Positions 16,983-26,406 are shown, counted from the stretch's first letter. The stretch is DNA of 31,919 nt from a virus (IMGVR_UViG_3300021182_000057:1-31919); one strand, 5' to 3'. Notes: generated by a model not told the origin, from the letters alone. Numbers and translations: made by a program.

Positions 16983-18224
16983 GTGGCACTCCAACTTACG
17001 GAGCTTGACGCCTACGTTTACGATCACATCGTCGATAAGACAACGGATTAAGAATCAGTCCCTTAGCGGAGTAATCCGCTTCGAATAACCCCGTGAATTG
17101 CTGGGAAACCTAAAGCCGACAGGGCCAAGGCAATCAGCAGCGAAGCCCAGAGATGGGAACGTTCAACGGCCATCGCCGGAAGGCGAGTAGGGTCAAGCGA
17201 CCCGAAGCGCGGGGCACCCCTTATGAGGGTGATGATATGGTCTGAGCTGCGGACGAAAGCCGCAGAAGGTCGGGAGTTAGCGATCCCGGTCGTAACACAA
17301 CTGATCATCTACGGTGCAGATCCAGCATTTACGCGCTTGAGTCAGCAGAATGCCGAGCGATTCAGTGGCAACAGCAGAATTCGCAGACCCGTGATCGTGG
17401 GCGAGCTCAACGGCGACTTCATGGGCAAGGGCGAGACCATGAACATCTCGTTCGTGACCACGGACGCGGCGATCACGGTGGACCTGAAGGTAGCGTGGGT
17501 AAATATCACGCTATACGGATGGGACGCGATGAACGACGACGGCCCGGAGGCGATTTTCAATCAGGTGGAGATGAAGTTTCTTAACGCCTCGTTGAAGATG
17601 GCCAAACTGCTCGCCGTCAACATGTACCAGAACGGCCAAGCCTCGACGGGCCGGCAGAAGTACTTGAACGGGTTTGCCGAGTGGTACGACGATGGCACCA
17701 ACTACCCAACGGTCGGCGGCCAGAACCGGACGGATATAAACGGCATCCCGAACGGCACGGTAGGCGGCTTGAACGCCTATCAGGCGACGCTGACGACGTT
17801 CACGTTGGCGCAACTCAATACAGCATACGGCAACGCGTGCTGGGGGTCGGATCACCCGGATATGATCGTCGCGACACAGAACGGCTGGAACTTGATCTGG
17901 CAGGGAACGCAGCCGGCGATGCGGTATGCTAACACCGACAACGACTTGGCTAACGTTGGATTCCAAAATTTCAAGTTCAACGCGGCCGACGTCGTGATTT
18001 CTCGGTACCTGCCGTCCGGGTCCTCGCCGATTGGGCAGATGTACGGATTGAATACCGCCTATATCGAGTGGTGGTTCTCGCAGGTTGACCTGTTCCAGTT
18101 TGGCTTTACGGGGTTCAAGGGCGTGAACAACTCGATCGATGTGAGCGGCCAGTTCATCTGCGGATCGAATTTGATGGTGCCTAGCCCCAGGACCGGGTTC
18201 GCTCTGCACTCAAGTCTTTTCTAA
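16983..18224 (+). CDS. Major capsid protein, two exons (16983-17048 and 17304-18224; 328 aa spliced)
   Basis: AGGAGG SD plus GTG start; exon 1 MALQLTELDAYVYDHIVDKTTD joins in frame to IIYGADPAFTRL; capsid-like segments NGFAEW, DHPDMIVAT, NVGFQNFKFNAA, MYGLNTAYI; follows the scaffold. Confidence 0.88.
17049..17303 (+). ncRNA. Group I self-splicing intron, 255 nt, no ORF
   Basis: 5' exon ends in U with P1 GGAU/GUCC (U17048.G17058 wobble); P3 CCCCGUG(17089)/CGCGGGG(17208); P AAUUGCUGGGAA; Q AAUCAGCAG; R GUUCAACGGCCA; S GAUAUGGUCU; terminal G17303; removal restores the frame. Confidence 0.9.
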
Positions 18225-18247
18225 CTGGTGGTGATGAGGATTAACCG

Positions 18248-18772
18248 ATGACACAGCAAGGACTAGCAACCAATCTCGGCGGCGCAATCCAGTTCTGGAG
18301 TTTCCAGTTCACGTACAATGACCTGACCAGCCAGACCTCGGCTTCGGGCGTTGCGGCTACCCTGAACCTGTACAATGCGCTCAGCGGCCCGCCGTACAAT
18401 ACGAGCGTCGCGTTCACTCTTGGGCAAGGCAGTTTCATCCTCTATACGAGGGTTAAACACTCCACCCCGTTTACTGGCGGATCTCTCACGGGCATGACGG
18501 TCAGCGTCGGGAAGTCTGGTGGAGCCGCGAACTTCTTCACCCAGGCGTTCAACGTCTTCCAGTCTGTCGCCGATGGCACACTGCAAGAGACCTTCGCGCA
18601 ACCCATGGGGCAGTTGACTTCGGTTACGCCGACGGTCACCTTTACTCCAACGGGAGATAAACTGGCGAACTGCACGGCTGGCGTTTTGAATATCGATATG
18701 TCCGTAGCCGTGGTAACCACTCCGGCCCAGTATATCGCCAACAACACCGTGATTAATTCGAGCGTGCTCTAA
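18248..18772 (+). CDS. Ser/Thr-rich virion protein (capsid decoration-like)
   Basis: Directly after the capsid gene, GAGGA SD, beta-rich composition. Confidence 0.65.
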   Translation: MTQQGLATNLGGAIQFWSFQFTYNDLTSQTSASGVAATLNLYNALSGPPYNTSVAFTLGQGSFILYTRVKHSTPFTGGSLTGMTVSVGKSGGAANFFTQAFNVFQSVADGTLQETFAQPMGQLTSVTPTVTFTPTGDKLANCTAGVLNIDMSVAVVTTPAQYIANNTVINSSVL

Positions 18773-18784
18773 GGGGGGAGATTA

Positions 18785-19312
18785 ATGTCAAACTTTGTTC
18801 CTACTCCTTGGCTGTTGCCAAACGGAAATAATCTCTGGTTCTCGGATTCCGTCCCTACCTTATCTTCGGACGTGATTGGGATGAACCTCCAGCCAGGCGA
18901 TTACCTCTGGATCGTCAACACGTCAAGCAACGTGCCCTTCATCTACAAACTGATCGCCGCGCCGAGCACTACGTACGCTGGCGGGCAGTGGCAGGAAGTT
19001 GGCGCCTCCGGCAATGGAATTTTCACGAAGTCGGCGGCTTACACCATCAACGGCAATACGGACGCCGTGGTTGTGGTGTCTTCTAACTGCGCTATTACGC
19101 TGCCTTCGGCGGTTAGCTTCCCGCTGAAGCGAGTCACGGTAATCAACGGTGCTGCAACCAGCACTACGGTGGTTCCGGTGAGTTCCCAAAAGATTGGGAA
19201 CAGCCACTCCACCAACGCGACTCTCGGGGCAGCCGATTCGGCGATCACTTTGGTTTCCGATGGAACCCAGTGGTGGCCGGTCAGCAGCACCGGTACGGTG
19301 TCGTACAACTAA
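18785..19312 (+). CDS. Ser/Thr-rich virion protein
   Basis: TITLP...VTVIN...ITLVSDGTQW-type beta-sandwich pattern (here AITLPSA, VTVIN, ITLVSDGTQWW). Confidence 0.65.
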   Translation: MSNFVPTPWLLPNGNNLWFSDSVPTLSSDVIGMNLQPGDYLWIVNTSSNVPFIYKLIAAPSTTYAGGQWQEVGASGNGIFTKSAAYTINGNTDAVVVVSSNCAITLPSAVSFPLKRVTVINGAATSTTVVPVSSQKIGNSHSTNATLGAADSAITLVSDGTQWWPVSSTGTVSYN

Positions 19313-19331
19313 GTGAGGTGAAAACATAGTC

Positions 19332-19802
19332 ATGCTAACCAACGTTTTCCAGAGCGGAGTACAGCTGAATACCGGAAACAGCATTAACATCAGCTCCGTA
19401 CCGCAGAATCCGAATACCGAAGCGTACTCGATCGCGTTTACGGGCGCGCTGACCGGAAGTTCTCCGGTCGGATCATCCTACCAAACGGCAGTTGCGCAGC
19501 ACGTTTTCACGGCCGACGCCCCCTGTCAGGTAGTGGCGGTTACGGAGCGGCACAGCGTTCTTGGTTCCACTACCGGGATGCTGGTCCACGCGATTGGATC
19601 GACGCCGCTCGGCTCCGGAGCGAATGTGCTCGCTTCCACCATCGACCACACGGCCGCAGTGGACGTGTACCGCACCGGCACGCTCATCAATTCGACCACG
19701 CTGACCCAGTTGGCGACTGGCGATGCGCTCGGATGGCGTTTCACGACTCCAGGGAACTATCCTCCGGTTGGCGGAGTGACGGTTACCCTCGCATACATCT
19801 AA
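19332..19802 (+). CDS. Ser/Thr-rich virion protein
   Basis: GAGGTG SD; last gene before a terminator. Confidence 0.65.
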   Translation: MLTNVFQSGVQLNTGNSINISSVPQNPNTEAYSIAFTGALTGSSPVGSSYQTAVAQHVFTADAPCQVVAVTERHSVLGSTTGMLVHAIGSTPLGSGANVLASTIDHTAAVDVYRTGTLINSTTLTQLATGDALGWRFTTPGNYPPVGGVTVTLAYI

Positions 19803-19827
19803 CACAGGCTCTCACGGCAGAGGGAAA

Positions 19828-19876
19828 GCGCCGCGCTTGTCGGGTCATCGATCCGATGGGCGCGGCGCGTTTTTTT
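19828..19876 (+). terminator. Rho-independent terminator
   Basis: GCGCCGCGC...GCGCGGCGC stem followed by a T7 run. Confidence 0.8.
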
Positions 19877-19891
19877 CTGCGCGATTACCTC

Positions 19892-19920
19892 TTGACTCTC
19901 GGCTCGCAAAGGGATAGACT
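19892..19920 (+). promoter_or_regulatory. Sigma70-type promoter, leaderless geometry
   Basis: TTGACT-N17-TAGACT, 7 nt before ATG 19928. Confidence 0.7.
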
Positions 19921-19927
19921 CAAGAGC

Positions 19928-20239
19928 ATGAAAACTCTAATTTTCTCTCTGCTGATTTCCCTTCCTTTACTTGCCGCCGATGCACCGAAGGCGGAAACCA
20001 TCAATATCCCCGATGCGGCCAAGGTTAAAATTCAAGCCGCCAAAATCGACATTCTGGGAATCGAGAGTCAGATGGCGCAACTCCAGGTCAAGTTCGCGGA
20101 CCTTTACCGGCAGCACGGAGAAGCGCAGGCCGCTCTCGATCAGGCCGTATCCGATGCGAAGAAGTCCTTGAATTGCCCCACTTGCACCTTGAGCGACAAG
20201 ATGGATCTAGTGAAGCCATCCGAAACCCCAAAGAAGTAG
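19928..20239 (+). CDS. Secreted/periplasmic coiled-coil protein
   Basis: Signal peptide MKTLIFSLLISLPLLAA, coiled coil, CxxC near the C-terminus. Confidence 0.7.
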   Translation: MKTLIFSLLISLPLLAADAPKAETINIPDAAKVKIQAAKIDILGIESQMAQLQVKFADLYRQHGEAQAALDQAVSDAKKSLNCPTCTLSDKMDLVKPSETPKK

Positions 20240-20253
20240 TCCAACGCGGGACT
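20238..20253. promoter_or_regulatory. 16-bp palindromic site, copy 5
   Basis: AGTCCAACGCGGGACT just upstream of the glycosyltransferase cluster. Confidence 0.65.
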
Positions 20254-20268
20254 ATTCGGGATGAATAG

Positions 20269-22506
20269 ATGGCGGGGTATCCAGTAATGCGCGTAACATT
20301 CTGCAATACATCGTTGACTTTCGATCCTTGGGATTTCAGAAATCCGGACGATCCCGGAATTGGAGGGTCTGAGACCGCCGTAGTGGAATGCGCTAGGCGA
20401 CTGGCCTTGCGCGGACATGAGGTCACCGTGTATGGCACGCTAAGGGAGGATACTCCTTCTGAGTGGCAGGGAACGCGCTGGCTGCCACTTTCTGAGGCCG
20501 ATTACTCTCTCCCCGGATGGTGGTTTCTTTCCCGATGCCCGGAGACCCTGGACAACTTCTCAGTCGATCATCCCGGCCAAATGATTTGCCTGACCGCGCA
20601 AGATGTCTACTACCCACAATTAACCGATGAGCGATGGGAGAAGTTGGACCGCTTTATCGCTCTCTGCCCAACGCATGTGAGATTCACTAAAGATAAATAC
20701 CCCAAGTACGCTCACAAAGTGTTTGGCGGATTCAATGGGATCAGGAACGACGTAATCCGGGAGATTGAGTCCGTCAACCCGCCGGTCAGAAACCCACGGA
20801 AGATAATCTTCGCGTCTTCACCGGATCGTGGGCTTTTACCGCTTCTGAAAATATTCAGGCGAGCGCGTCAGAGGGTCCATGATCTTGAATTGGTAGTGGC
20901 CTATGGGTTCGACAACATCGAGAAGATCATCGCGTCGAACCCGCCGACGAACCACTGGAGAACCATCTACGATGAGGCTATGCGTGAGATGCGTCAGCCG
21001 GGGGTCACGTGGATGGGGAGGATCGGACAGAGGCAGTTGATTCGCGAGAAACTGTCCTGCGGGATGAGTGTTCACCCGACGATGTTCATGGAGACGGGAT
21101 TTATCTCAGGGATAGAGGAAATGGCCTGCGGAGCGATCCCGATCCTCAGTCCGACGTGGGCGGCGGGGGATTACTGCAAACACGGGGTATGGATTTTTGG
21201 CGATCCCGACGACGCACTCACCCAAGCTCGGTACGTCGGGGAAATCTTCAGGCTCGCGAGGCAGCCTGAACTTCAGGAACATATTCGCGCGGAAATGATG
21301 CCGCGAGCGAGAAATGCATTCAATTGGGAGCGCTATGTGGATCTGGTGGAATCCTGGATGTACGGGTTGGAGGGCCACCGCAATAGTTTCTTTCAGTTCA
21401 ACTTTGCGCTGAAGCACGCCAAGGGGGCGGGTAGAATCCTTAACGTAGGGTGCTGCGACGATGCGGGTGAGATGAGCAAGATCGGGGCCGTTAATGTTGA
21501 CAAGTTCGAGTTTGACGATCACCTGAAGACGCGGAACGCGGCGGACATTATCTCGGATGCGCGAGATCTTCCCCGACCGTTCCAGTCGCACTCATTCGAT
21601 ATGGTCTGTTCCACGGACATGCTGGAGCATTTTCCAACCGACGAGGTTCCGGAGCAATTGGAGAAATTTAAGGCGTGCTTGAAGCCGGGTGGTCGGATTC
21701 TCTTCACGGTCCCGAACGACACGCGGAATCCCAACCCAGACGACACCAATGTTCGTGGGTACGGAGGGCATCATCATTGCCCTCCGGAGGTGATTGATCG
21801 CTGGTTACGCGATGCTCGATTGAGGGCTGTAGTGCGACAGCCTATCGAATATGGATTCGATGATATATGCGGGGAGGGTGTCGTGGCGGTGGATGACTCC
21901 CCTAAGCACTCTGTGGTGTTCCTTACTTACGACCCCGATGGCAAGATGAAAGAGATGGTTGAGCGGAGCCTGTCTTTGATACGGCAGCATGCGCCGGGGG
22001 TAGAAATCATCATAGCGGACGATAAGGGAAAGTGCGCTGCGATCAATAACGGATTCGCAAAGACTAAAGGGGAGTACATCCATGTAGTTTGCAACGACAT
22101 GATGATTCATGACCCGGACTGGCTGGAAACGATGGCTGTTCCGAATACGCTGACTGGATGGGCGCCCAGGACGTTCGTGCTGACGGGACAGATTCTTCCC
22201 GAGATGTCTTTGTTTTGTGTCCCGAGGAATATCTACGAGGCCATCGGAAGAGTAGTATGGGATACTGCGTACGAGGATGGGTATGGTTTTGACGATGAGT
22301 CCTTGATCGCCCGCGTCAAATTAGCTGGGTTCAACGTAGAGATTCGGCCGGTGAAGGGGGATCACTTGTGTCTCCAGACCCACAAGAACTATTTCACGTC
22401 GGAAAAGTTCGGTCAAATGTATGATCGAAATATGGAGGTGTTCAAGAGGGAGTTCGACCACATAAAGCCTGTCGGCGGATGGCTCAACTATAAGAGGCCG
22501 GCATGA
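20269..22506 (+). CDS. Tri-domain protein: GT4-like glycosyltransferase + class I SAM methyltransferase + GT2-like domain
   Basis: GIGGSET, IIFASSPDRGL, ETGFISGIEEMACG; ILNVGC...DMLEH...LKPGG; CAAINNG...VCNDM...YGFDD. Confidence 0.88.
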   Translation: MAGYPVMRVTFCNTSLTFDPWDFRNPDDPGIGGSETAVVECARRLALRGHEVTVYGTLREDTPSEWQGTRWLPLSEADYSLPGWWFLSRCPETLDNFSVDHPGQMICLTAQDVYYPQLTDERWEKLDRFIALCPTHVRFTKDKYPKYAHKVFGGFNGIRNDVIREIESVNPPVRNPRKIIFASSPDRGLLPLLKIFRRARQRVHDLELVVAYGFDNIEKIIASNPPTNHWRTIYDEAMREMRQPGVTWMGRIGQRQLIREKLSCGMSVHPTMFMETGFISGIEEMACGAIPILSPTWAAGDYCKHGVWIFGDPDDALTQARYVGEIFRLARQPELQEHIRAEMMPRARNAFNWERYVDLVESWMYGLEGHRNSFFQFNFALKHAKGAGRILNVGCCDDAGEMSKIGAVNVDKFEFDDHLKTRNAADIISDARDLPRPFQSHSFDMVCSTDMLEHFPTDEVPEQLEKFKACLKPGGRILFTVPNDTRNPNPDDTNVRGYGGHHHCPPEVIDRWLRDARLRAVVRQPIEYGFDDICGEGVVAVDDSPKHSVVFLTYDPDGKMKEMVERSLSLIRQHAPGVEIIIADDKGKCAAINNGFAKTKGEYIHVVCNDMMIHDPDWLETMAVPNTLTGWAPRTFVLTGQILPEMSLFCVPRNIYEAIGRVVWDTAYEDGYGFDDESLIARVKLAGFNVEIRPVKGDHLCLQTHKNYFTSEKFGQMYDRNMEVFKREFDHIKPVGGWLNYKRPA

Positions 22507-23672
22507 GAACGGCCACATTGGTAGTCACTACCATCAACGACCCGCTGGTATTGGAGTCGTACGGGAAAAACTTTGACGATTACGGACATCTGGAACAGGT
22601 GCGGGTAATCGTCATCCCGGACAGGAAAACACCTCCGGCGGCTTTTTCCACGTGCGGTAGGTTGCGGGACGCCGGATTGAAAGTATTGTGTCCAACGTTG
22701 GACGACCAAGATAGATTCCTGAACCGTCTTGGCCTCACTCCCGACTTCATCCCATACAACTCAGACAACCGACGTAACGTTGGGTACTTGATGGCGCTGG
22801 AAGACCATTCAGATTTCCTGATTTCAATCGACGACGATAACTGGTGCCGGGGAGATTCGGACTATTTCGGGGAACACGAATATGGATTATTTGGGACAGT
22901 AAAGTCGGAGGTGTCATCGGGGCCGGCAAGATTCCTCAATCCGATCCATCCGATGGGATGGTATGGGACTTCCTGTCCGGTGTATGCTCGCGGGTTCCCA
23001 TACTTCGCTCGATTTGTAGATGGCGAGTCGCAGGTGTCGGCCGTAAGTCCAAACGCACCTATAGATGTGGCTATTAGTGCCGGGCTATGGCTTCGAGATC
23101 CCGACGTAGATGCAATGACATGGCTGTCGGCTAAGCCCCGGTTAGATTCAGTGGTGTCGCAGATTGAGGTTAATGCAATTGACGGCGGCAGGGTTGTTTT
23201 GGGCGATACAATGTGGGCTCCCGTAAACTCCCAAAACACCGCCATCGCCAGGAAGTTGATCCCGTCATATTACTTCCTTCGTATGGGATACCCTATAAAA
23301 GGAACCAGGGTAGGTCGCATGGGGGATATATTCTCTGGATATTTCGCCTTGGCTTGCGCTAAAGCTGTCGGATGTTCGGCCTGTTTCGGGAAGCCTCTTG
23401 TGGACCATCGCAGGAACAGCCACGACTACCTCAATGACCTATCTTCCGAACTCCCAGCGATTATGATGCTGGATAATATCCTGCCGTGGCTGATCGATCT
23501 GAAGCTAGATTCTAGCGATGTGGGGAGCGCCTATCTATCCCTTTCGGATTCGCTGGATTCTCAGGCTGAGCGATTTTCCGGTAGCGTGTGGGACGACGCG
23601 ACTCGCGGGTTCATTCATCAAATGGCCTACCTGATGAGGGTTTGGCTGGATGCCGTTAGGAGGATCGGGTGA
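22503..23672 (+). CDS. STELLO / reversibly glycosylated polypeptide (GT75)-like glycosyltransferase or NDP-sugar mutase
   Basis: VVTTIN, PDRKTP, RRNVGYL, IDDDN, GLWLRDPDVDA, PVNSQNT, RMGDIFSGY, HRRNSHDYLNDL. Confidence 0.8.
   Translation: MRTATLVVTTINDPLVLESYGKNFDDYGHLEQVRVIVIPDRKTPPAAFSTCGRLRDAGLKVLCPTLDDQDRFLNRLGLTPDFIPYNSDNRRNVGYLMALEDHSDFLISIDDDNWCRGDSDYFGEHEYGLFGTVKSEVSSGPARFLNPIHPMGWYGTSCPVYARGFPYFARFVDGESQVSAVSPNAPIDVAISAGLWLRDPDVDAMTWLSAKPRLDSVVSQIEVNAIDGGRVVLGDTMWAPVNSQNTAIARKLIPSYYFLRMGYPIKGTRVGRMGDIFSGYFALACAKAVGCSACFGKPLVDHRRNSHDYLNDLSSELPAIMMLDNILPWLIDLKLDSSDVGSAYLSLSDSLDSQAERFSGSVWDDATRGFIHQMAYLMRVWLDAVRRIG
22689..22704. promoter_or_regulatory. 16-bp palindromic site, copy 6 (intragenic)
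   Basis: TGTCCAACGTTGGACG with a perfect 14-bp palindromic core. Confidence 0.7.
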
Positions 23673-24328
23673 TCTCGGTTCTCAGCCCAACTATTCGAGG
23701 GCTGCAAGCCCTGCGTCCAATTGAGCAGTCGCTGAATGCCCAATCGTTCACTGATTGGGAATGGCTGGTCGAGTTCGGAAACGGCCGAGAGCACTCCCTG
23801 AATAGGGACTTCAACTCCATGCTTCGCCGCGCTCGCGGGGAACTGGTAGTGTTCGCCGAGGATTGGGTCTGGTTCCCTCTCGATGGCTTAGAGAGATTCT
23901 GGGATGCATATCGGGCCATGCCGCAGTGCTTCTTTACGGCTCCGGTTCCCAAGTCCCCGGCGTTCTGGGAGATGGATGGGAATCTGTTCTACAAGCATCC
24001 GCTTGAGTTGGAGTGGAGATCAGAAAATCCCGGATGGGTTCACTGGATGAATTGGGAGGCTGATTGGGCGGCGGCCCCTCTGGGGGTACTGAAGTCTATT
24101 GGTGGATTTGACGAGCGCATGGACCAGAAATGGTCGAACGACAATCAGAACGTATCGTTTCGGGCCTTCAGGGCCGGCTGTAAGTTTTGGAACGTCATTG
24201 ATAATCCGGCCGTCGCGCTTAGTCATGACAAGTACTGGAAGCATCCATTCCGCCACCTACACGATGCGGAGTGGAGCGAGCGTCAGATCAAGAGGTTTGA
24301 GAACGAGCAGTTGCCACCGCTGACATAA
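23669..24328 (+). CDS. GT2-like glycosyltransferase
   Basis: ISVLSPT, QSFTDWEW, ARGELVVFAED, IGGFDERM. Confidence 0.8.
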   Translation: MISVLSPTIRGLQALRPIEQSLNAQSFTDWEWLVEFGNGREHSLNRDFNSMLRRARGELVVFAEDWVWFPLDGLERFWDAYRAMPQCFFTAPVPKSPAFWEMDGNLFYKHPLELEWRSENPGWVHWMNWEADWAAAPLGVLKSIGGFDERMDQKWSNDNQNVSFRAFRAGCKFWNVIDNPAVALSHDKYWKHPFRHLHDAEWSERQIKRFENEQLPPLT

Positions 24329-24339
24329 ACGGAGAATCG

Positions 24340-25041
24340 ATGTTAATTCAGAAAAATCTAATTGGGACTATCGGCGTGATGGGGGCGGTTCCTTCGGTCC
24401 CTTGGGAGTTCTGTTGGTCTCTGGCCCAGATGATTCAATATAACTCCGAGTTTATGTGCGGTCCGGGAGAATATATCCACCTGATGTGCCCGAGCACATC
24501 GTACCATTCCACAGCCAGGAACCAGCTCGCCGCAGGGTTCATGGGGGAATGGCTGTTTATGATGGACACCGACCACGCCTTCGACCCCGACATATTACTC
24601 CGCATGCTAATGCTGGTTAAACTCCATAACGTCGATGTCCTATCAGCCCTGTATCGGTACAAGGTATACCCTTATCTTCCGGTGGCCTTCCACTGGAACG
24701 AAGAAACGCAGGGGTTTGTTGGCATCGCGGAACTGGATTGGAACGCCATGATCCAAGAGGTGTCGTGCGTGGGAGCGGGGTGCCTCCTAGTAAGACGCGG
24801 GGCATTCGACCGGATCAGGGAGGAACTTCACGAGCAGCCGTTCGACATTATCCATCCATGGTCGGAGGATTTTTCTTTTTTTGTGCGCCTGCGGAAGTTG
24901 GGGATTAAGTCTTGTATATCACCTCTGATCGAAAGCTACCACTTGAACACTCATCGCGTTACGAGTTCGGATTACGATAGAAGCGCGGTCCAGACATACC
25001 CAATCCCATCCGGTGGCGAGATGGTGGTAGGGAAGGCGTAA
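24340..25041 (+). CDS. GT2-like (GT-A fold) glycosyltransferase
   Basis: ARNQL, WLFMMDTD, VGAGCLLVRR, SEDFSFF. Confidence 0.82.
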   Translation: MLIQKNLIGTIGVMGAVPSVPWEFCWSLAQMIQYNSEFMCGPGEYIHLMCPSTSYHSTARNQLAAGFMGEWLFMMDTDHAFDPDILLRMLMLVKLHNVDVLSALYRYKVYPYLPVAFHWNEETQGFVGIAELDWNAMIQEVSCVGAGCLLVRRGAFDRIREELHEQPFDIIHPWSEDFSFFVRLRKLGIKSCISPLIESYHLNTHRVTSSDYDRSAVQTYPIPSGGEMVVGKA

Positions 25042-25063
25042 GGGTATTTCTCTGTTCGAGTTT

Positions 25064-25232
25064 ATGATTTGCATACTTTATCGCGGGAGTTGGGCGAGCG
25101 GGGGGAGCTTGGCGAGCCGGGCGAGTTGGGCGAGCGGGGCGAGCGGGGCGAGTTGGGCGAGCGGGGCGAGCAGGGCGAGTTGGGCGAGCGGGGCGAGTTG
25201 GGCGAGCAGGGGGAGCAGGGCGAGTTGGGTGA
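25064..25232 (+). repeat. Head + 9-mer array element, copy 1 (16 units)
   Basis: ATGATTTGCATACTTTATCGCGGGA followed by tandem GGCGAG(TTG/CGG/CAG/CCG/CTT). Confidence 0.95.
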
Positions 25233-25258
25233 TAACAAGAACCTAAAGGAGAGGCGTA

Positions 25259-25669
25259 ATGAGCGCGGATTTAACAATTCATGTGTTCGAAGGTATCGCC
25301 GAACACGACCTAGAAACTTTCTTTTCGGCAACACTCGGTAGCAAGTACCATCACGGAGGCGTGAAACAAGGAATATGGGAAGAGTCCTATCGGAAGATCT
25401 CCCGTACACCCTCCGTTTGGGTCGGCCAGGTCTCTTGGCTGAAGTGTGCACTATCCAATGATCCGGATACCTACGTCCCAGGACCAGTAGAGGCTATCAG
25501 TGAATTGGTCGGGGAAGACCTCCCAGCCATAGATGATTTATTCATCTCTCGGGCTGCCGAAGCGATGGCGCTCGCTAATTCGACATCGTACAGTGTAGCC
25601 AAACCTGGAGATGTTGTCGAGTTCCTGCAAACACACAAAGGAAAACGGGTGTTCACGGTTAGTTGGTGA
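25259..25669 (+). CDS. Hypothetical protein
   Basis: AAGGAGAGG SD; globular-looking ORF. Confidence 0.7.
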   Translation: MSADLTIHVFEGIAEHDLETFFSATLGSKYHHGGVKQGIWEESYRKISRTPSVWVGQVSWLKCALSNDPDTYVPGPVEAISELVGEDLPAIDDLFISRAAEAMALANSTSYSVAKPGDVVEFLQTHKGKRVFTVSW

Positions 25670-25684
25670 CAAGGATACGAAAAT

Positions 25685-26245
25685 ATGACAATTGTTCAGC
25701 GTGCGATCATCACACATCCAGACGGGAAGCGCGAGATGCTTTCCTTGTTCCGCGTGGAGCCTACCGTATTCCGCTGGATTGATCATGGAAAACCGTGGGA
25801 TGGCATCGATTTTATTGAGGCCAATATGGCCATCAAGAGCCTCCGTATGACGATCGAATCCAACCCATCCTACGTCGGGTACGATCTGACCTTTTATGCC
25901 GTGGAACCGCCGCCGGCAGAGAGGGCATCGCTACGAATCGGGGAACTTCCCGCTGGATTGACGCTCCCGATAGACTCAGTAGCTCGCATTATCCAGGAAG
26001 AGACCGGCATCGACAATCTCATTGAGTCGATCAACCTGCTCTTAACTTACGAGTTTCCGAGGCGCCTCCAGCCGAAACCGCCAGGGCTTGATCTCACTTG
26101 GGGTGGCCTATGCCTCTCGGTAATCGAGGCTTTGGAGGTCGCACAGAAATCCAACCTAGGGAATCTCAAGGCCGAACTTTCCAAGGGGATCGAGAAGATC
26201 CATGCCTATTCGAACATGCCAAATCGCGGAGGTAAACCGCAGTGA
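25685..26245 (+). CDS. Hypothetical protein
   Basis: AAGGA SD; operonic. Confidence 0.65.
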   Translation: MTIVQRAIITHPDGKREMLSLFRVEPTVFRWIDHGKPWDGIDFIEANMAIKSLRMTIESNPSYVGYDLTFYAVEPPPAERASLRIGELPAGLTLPIDSVARIIQEETGIDNLIESINLLLTYEFPRRLQPKPPGLDLTWGGLCLSVIEALEVAQKSNLGNLKAELSKGIEKIHAYSNMPNRGGKPQ

Positions 26246-26403
26246 TTGTTGACATTACCACCTTCACTGAACCCTCCGACCCAGACTTTGAAGAGGTTAG
26301 CGGTCTAGCACTTGCCGGACTTTCGCTGGAGGAAATGCGGCGATACTGGGCCTTGCGTCACCCATCCAATAAACCTCTTGACTCTAGCAAAGAGTCGGCG
26401 TAG
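26242..26403 (+). CDS. Small hypothetical protein (53 aa)
   Basis: GGAGG SD, GTGA overlap; not in the ORF track. Confidence 0.45.
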   Translation: MIVDITTFTEPSDPDFEEVSGLALAGLSLEEMRRYWALRHPSNKPLDSSKESA

Positions 26404-26406
26404 AAT
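26378..26406 (+). promoter_or_regulatory. Sigma70-type promoter of the recombination operon
   Basis: TTGACT-N17-TAGAAT. Confidence 0.75.

Noticed and set aside
16211-17008. 265-aa plus-strand ORF in frame with the scaffold stop, spanning the EndoVII gene
   Set aside because: Codon-aligned antisense shadow of the EndoVII gene with no recognisable motifs; read-through is unsupported
17223-17303. ORF-track start for the capsid protein (MRVMIWSEL...)
   Set aside because: Lies inside the group I intron (P8-P9 region); the SD-supported start is GTG 16983
25064-25232. 9-mer arrays as a CRISPR array or a true collagen gene
   Set aside because: No unique spacers or cas operon; the Gly-Glu-X frame lacks an SD and conserved flanks, so coding is kept only as a hypothesis
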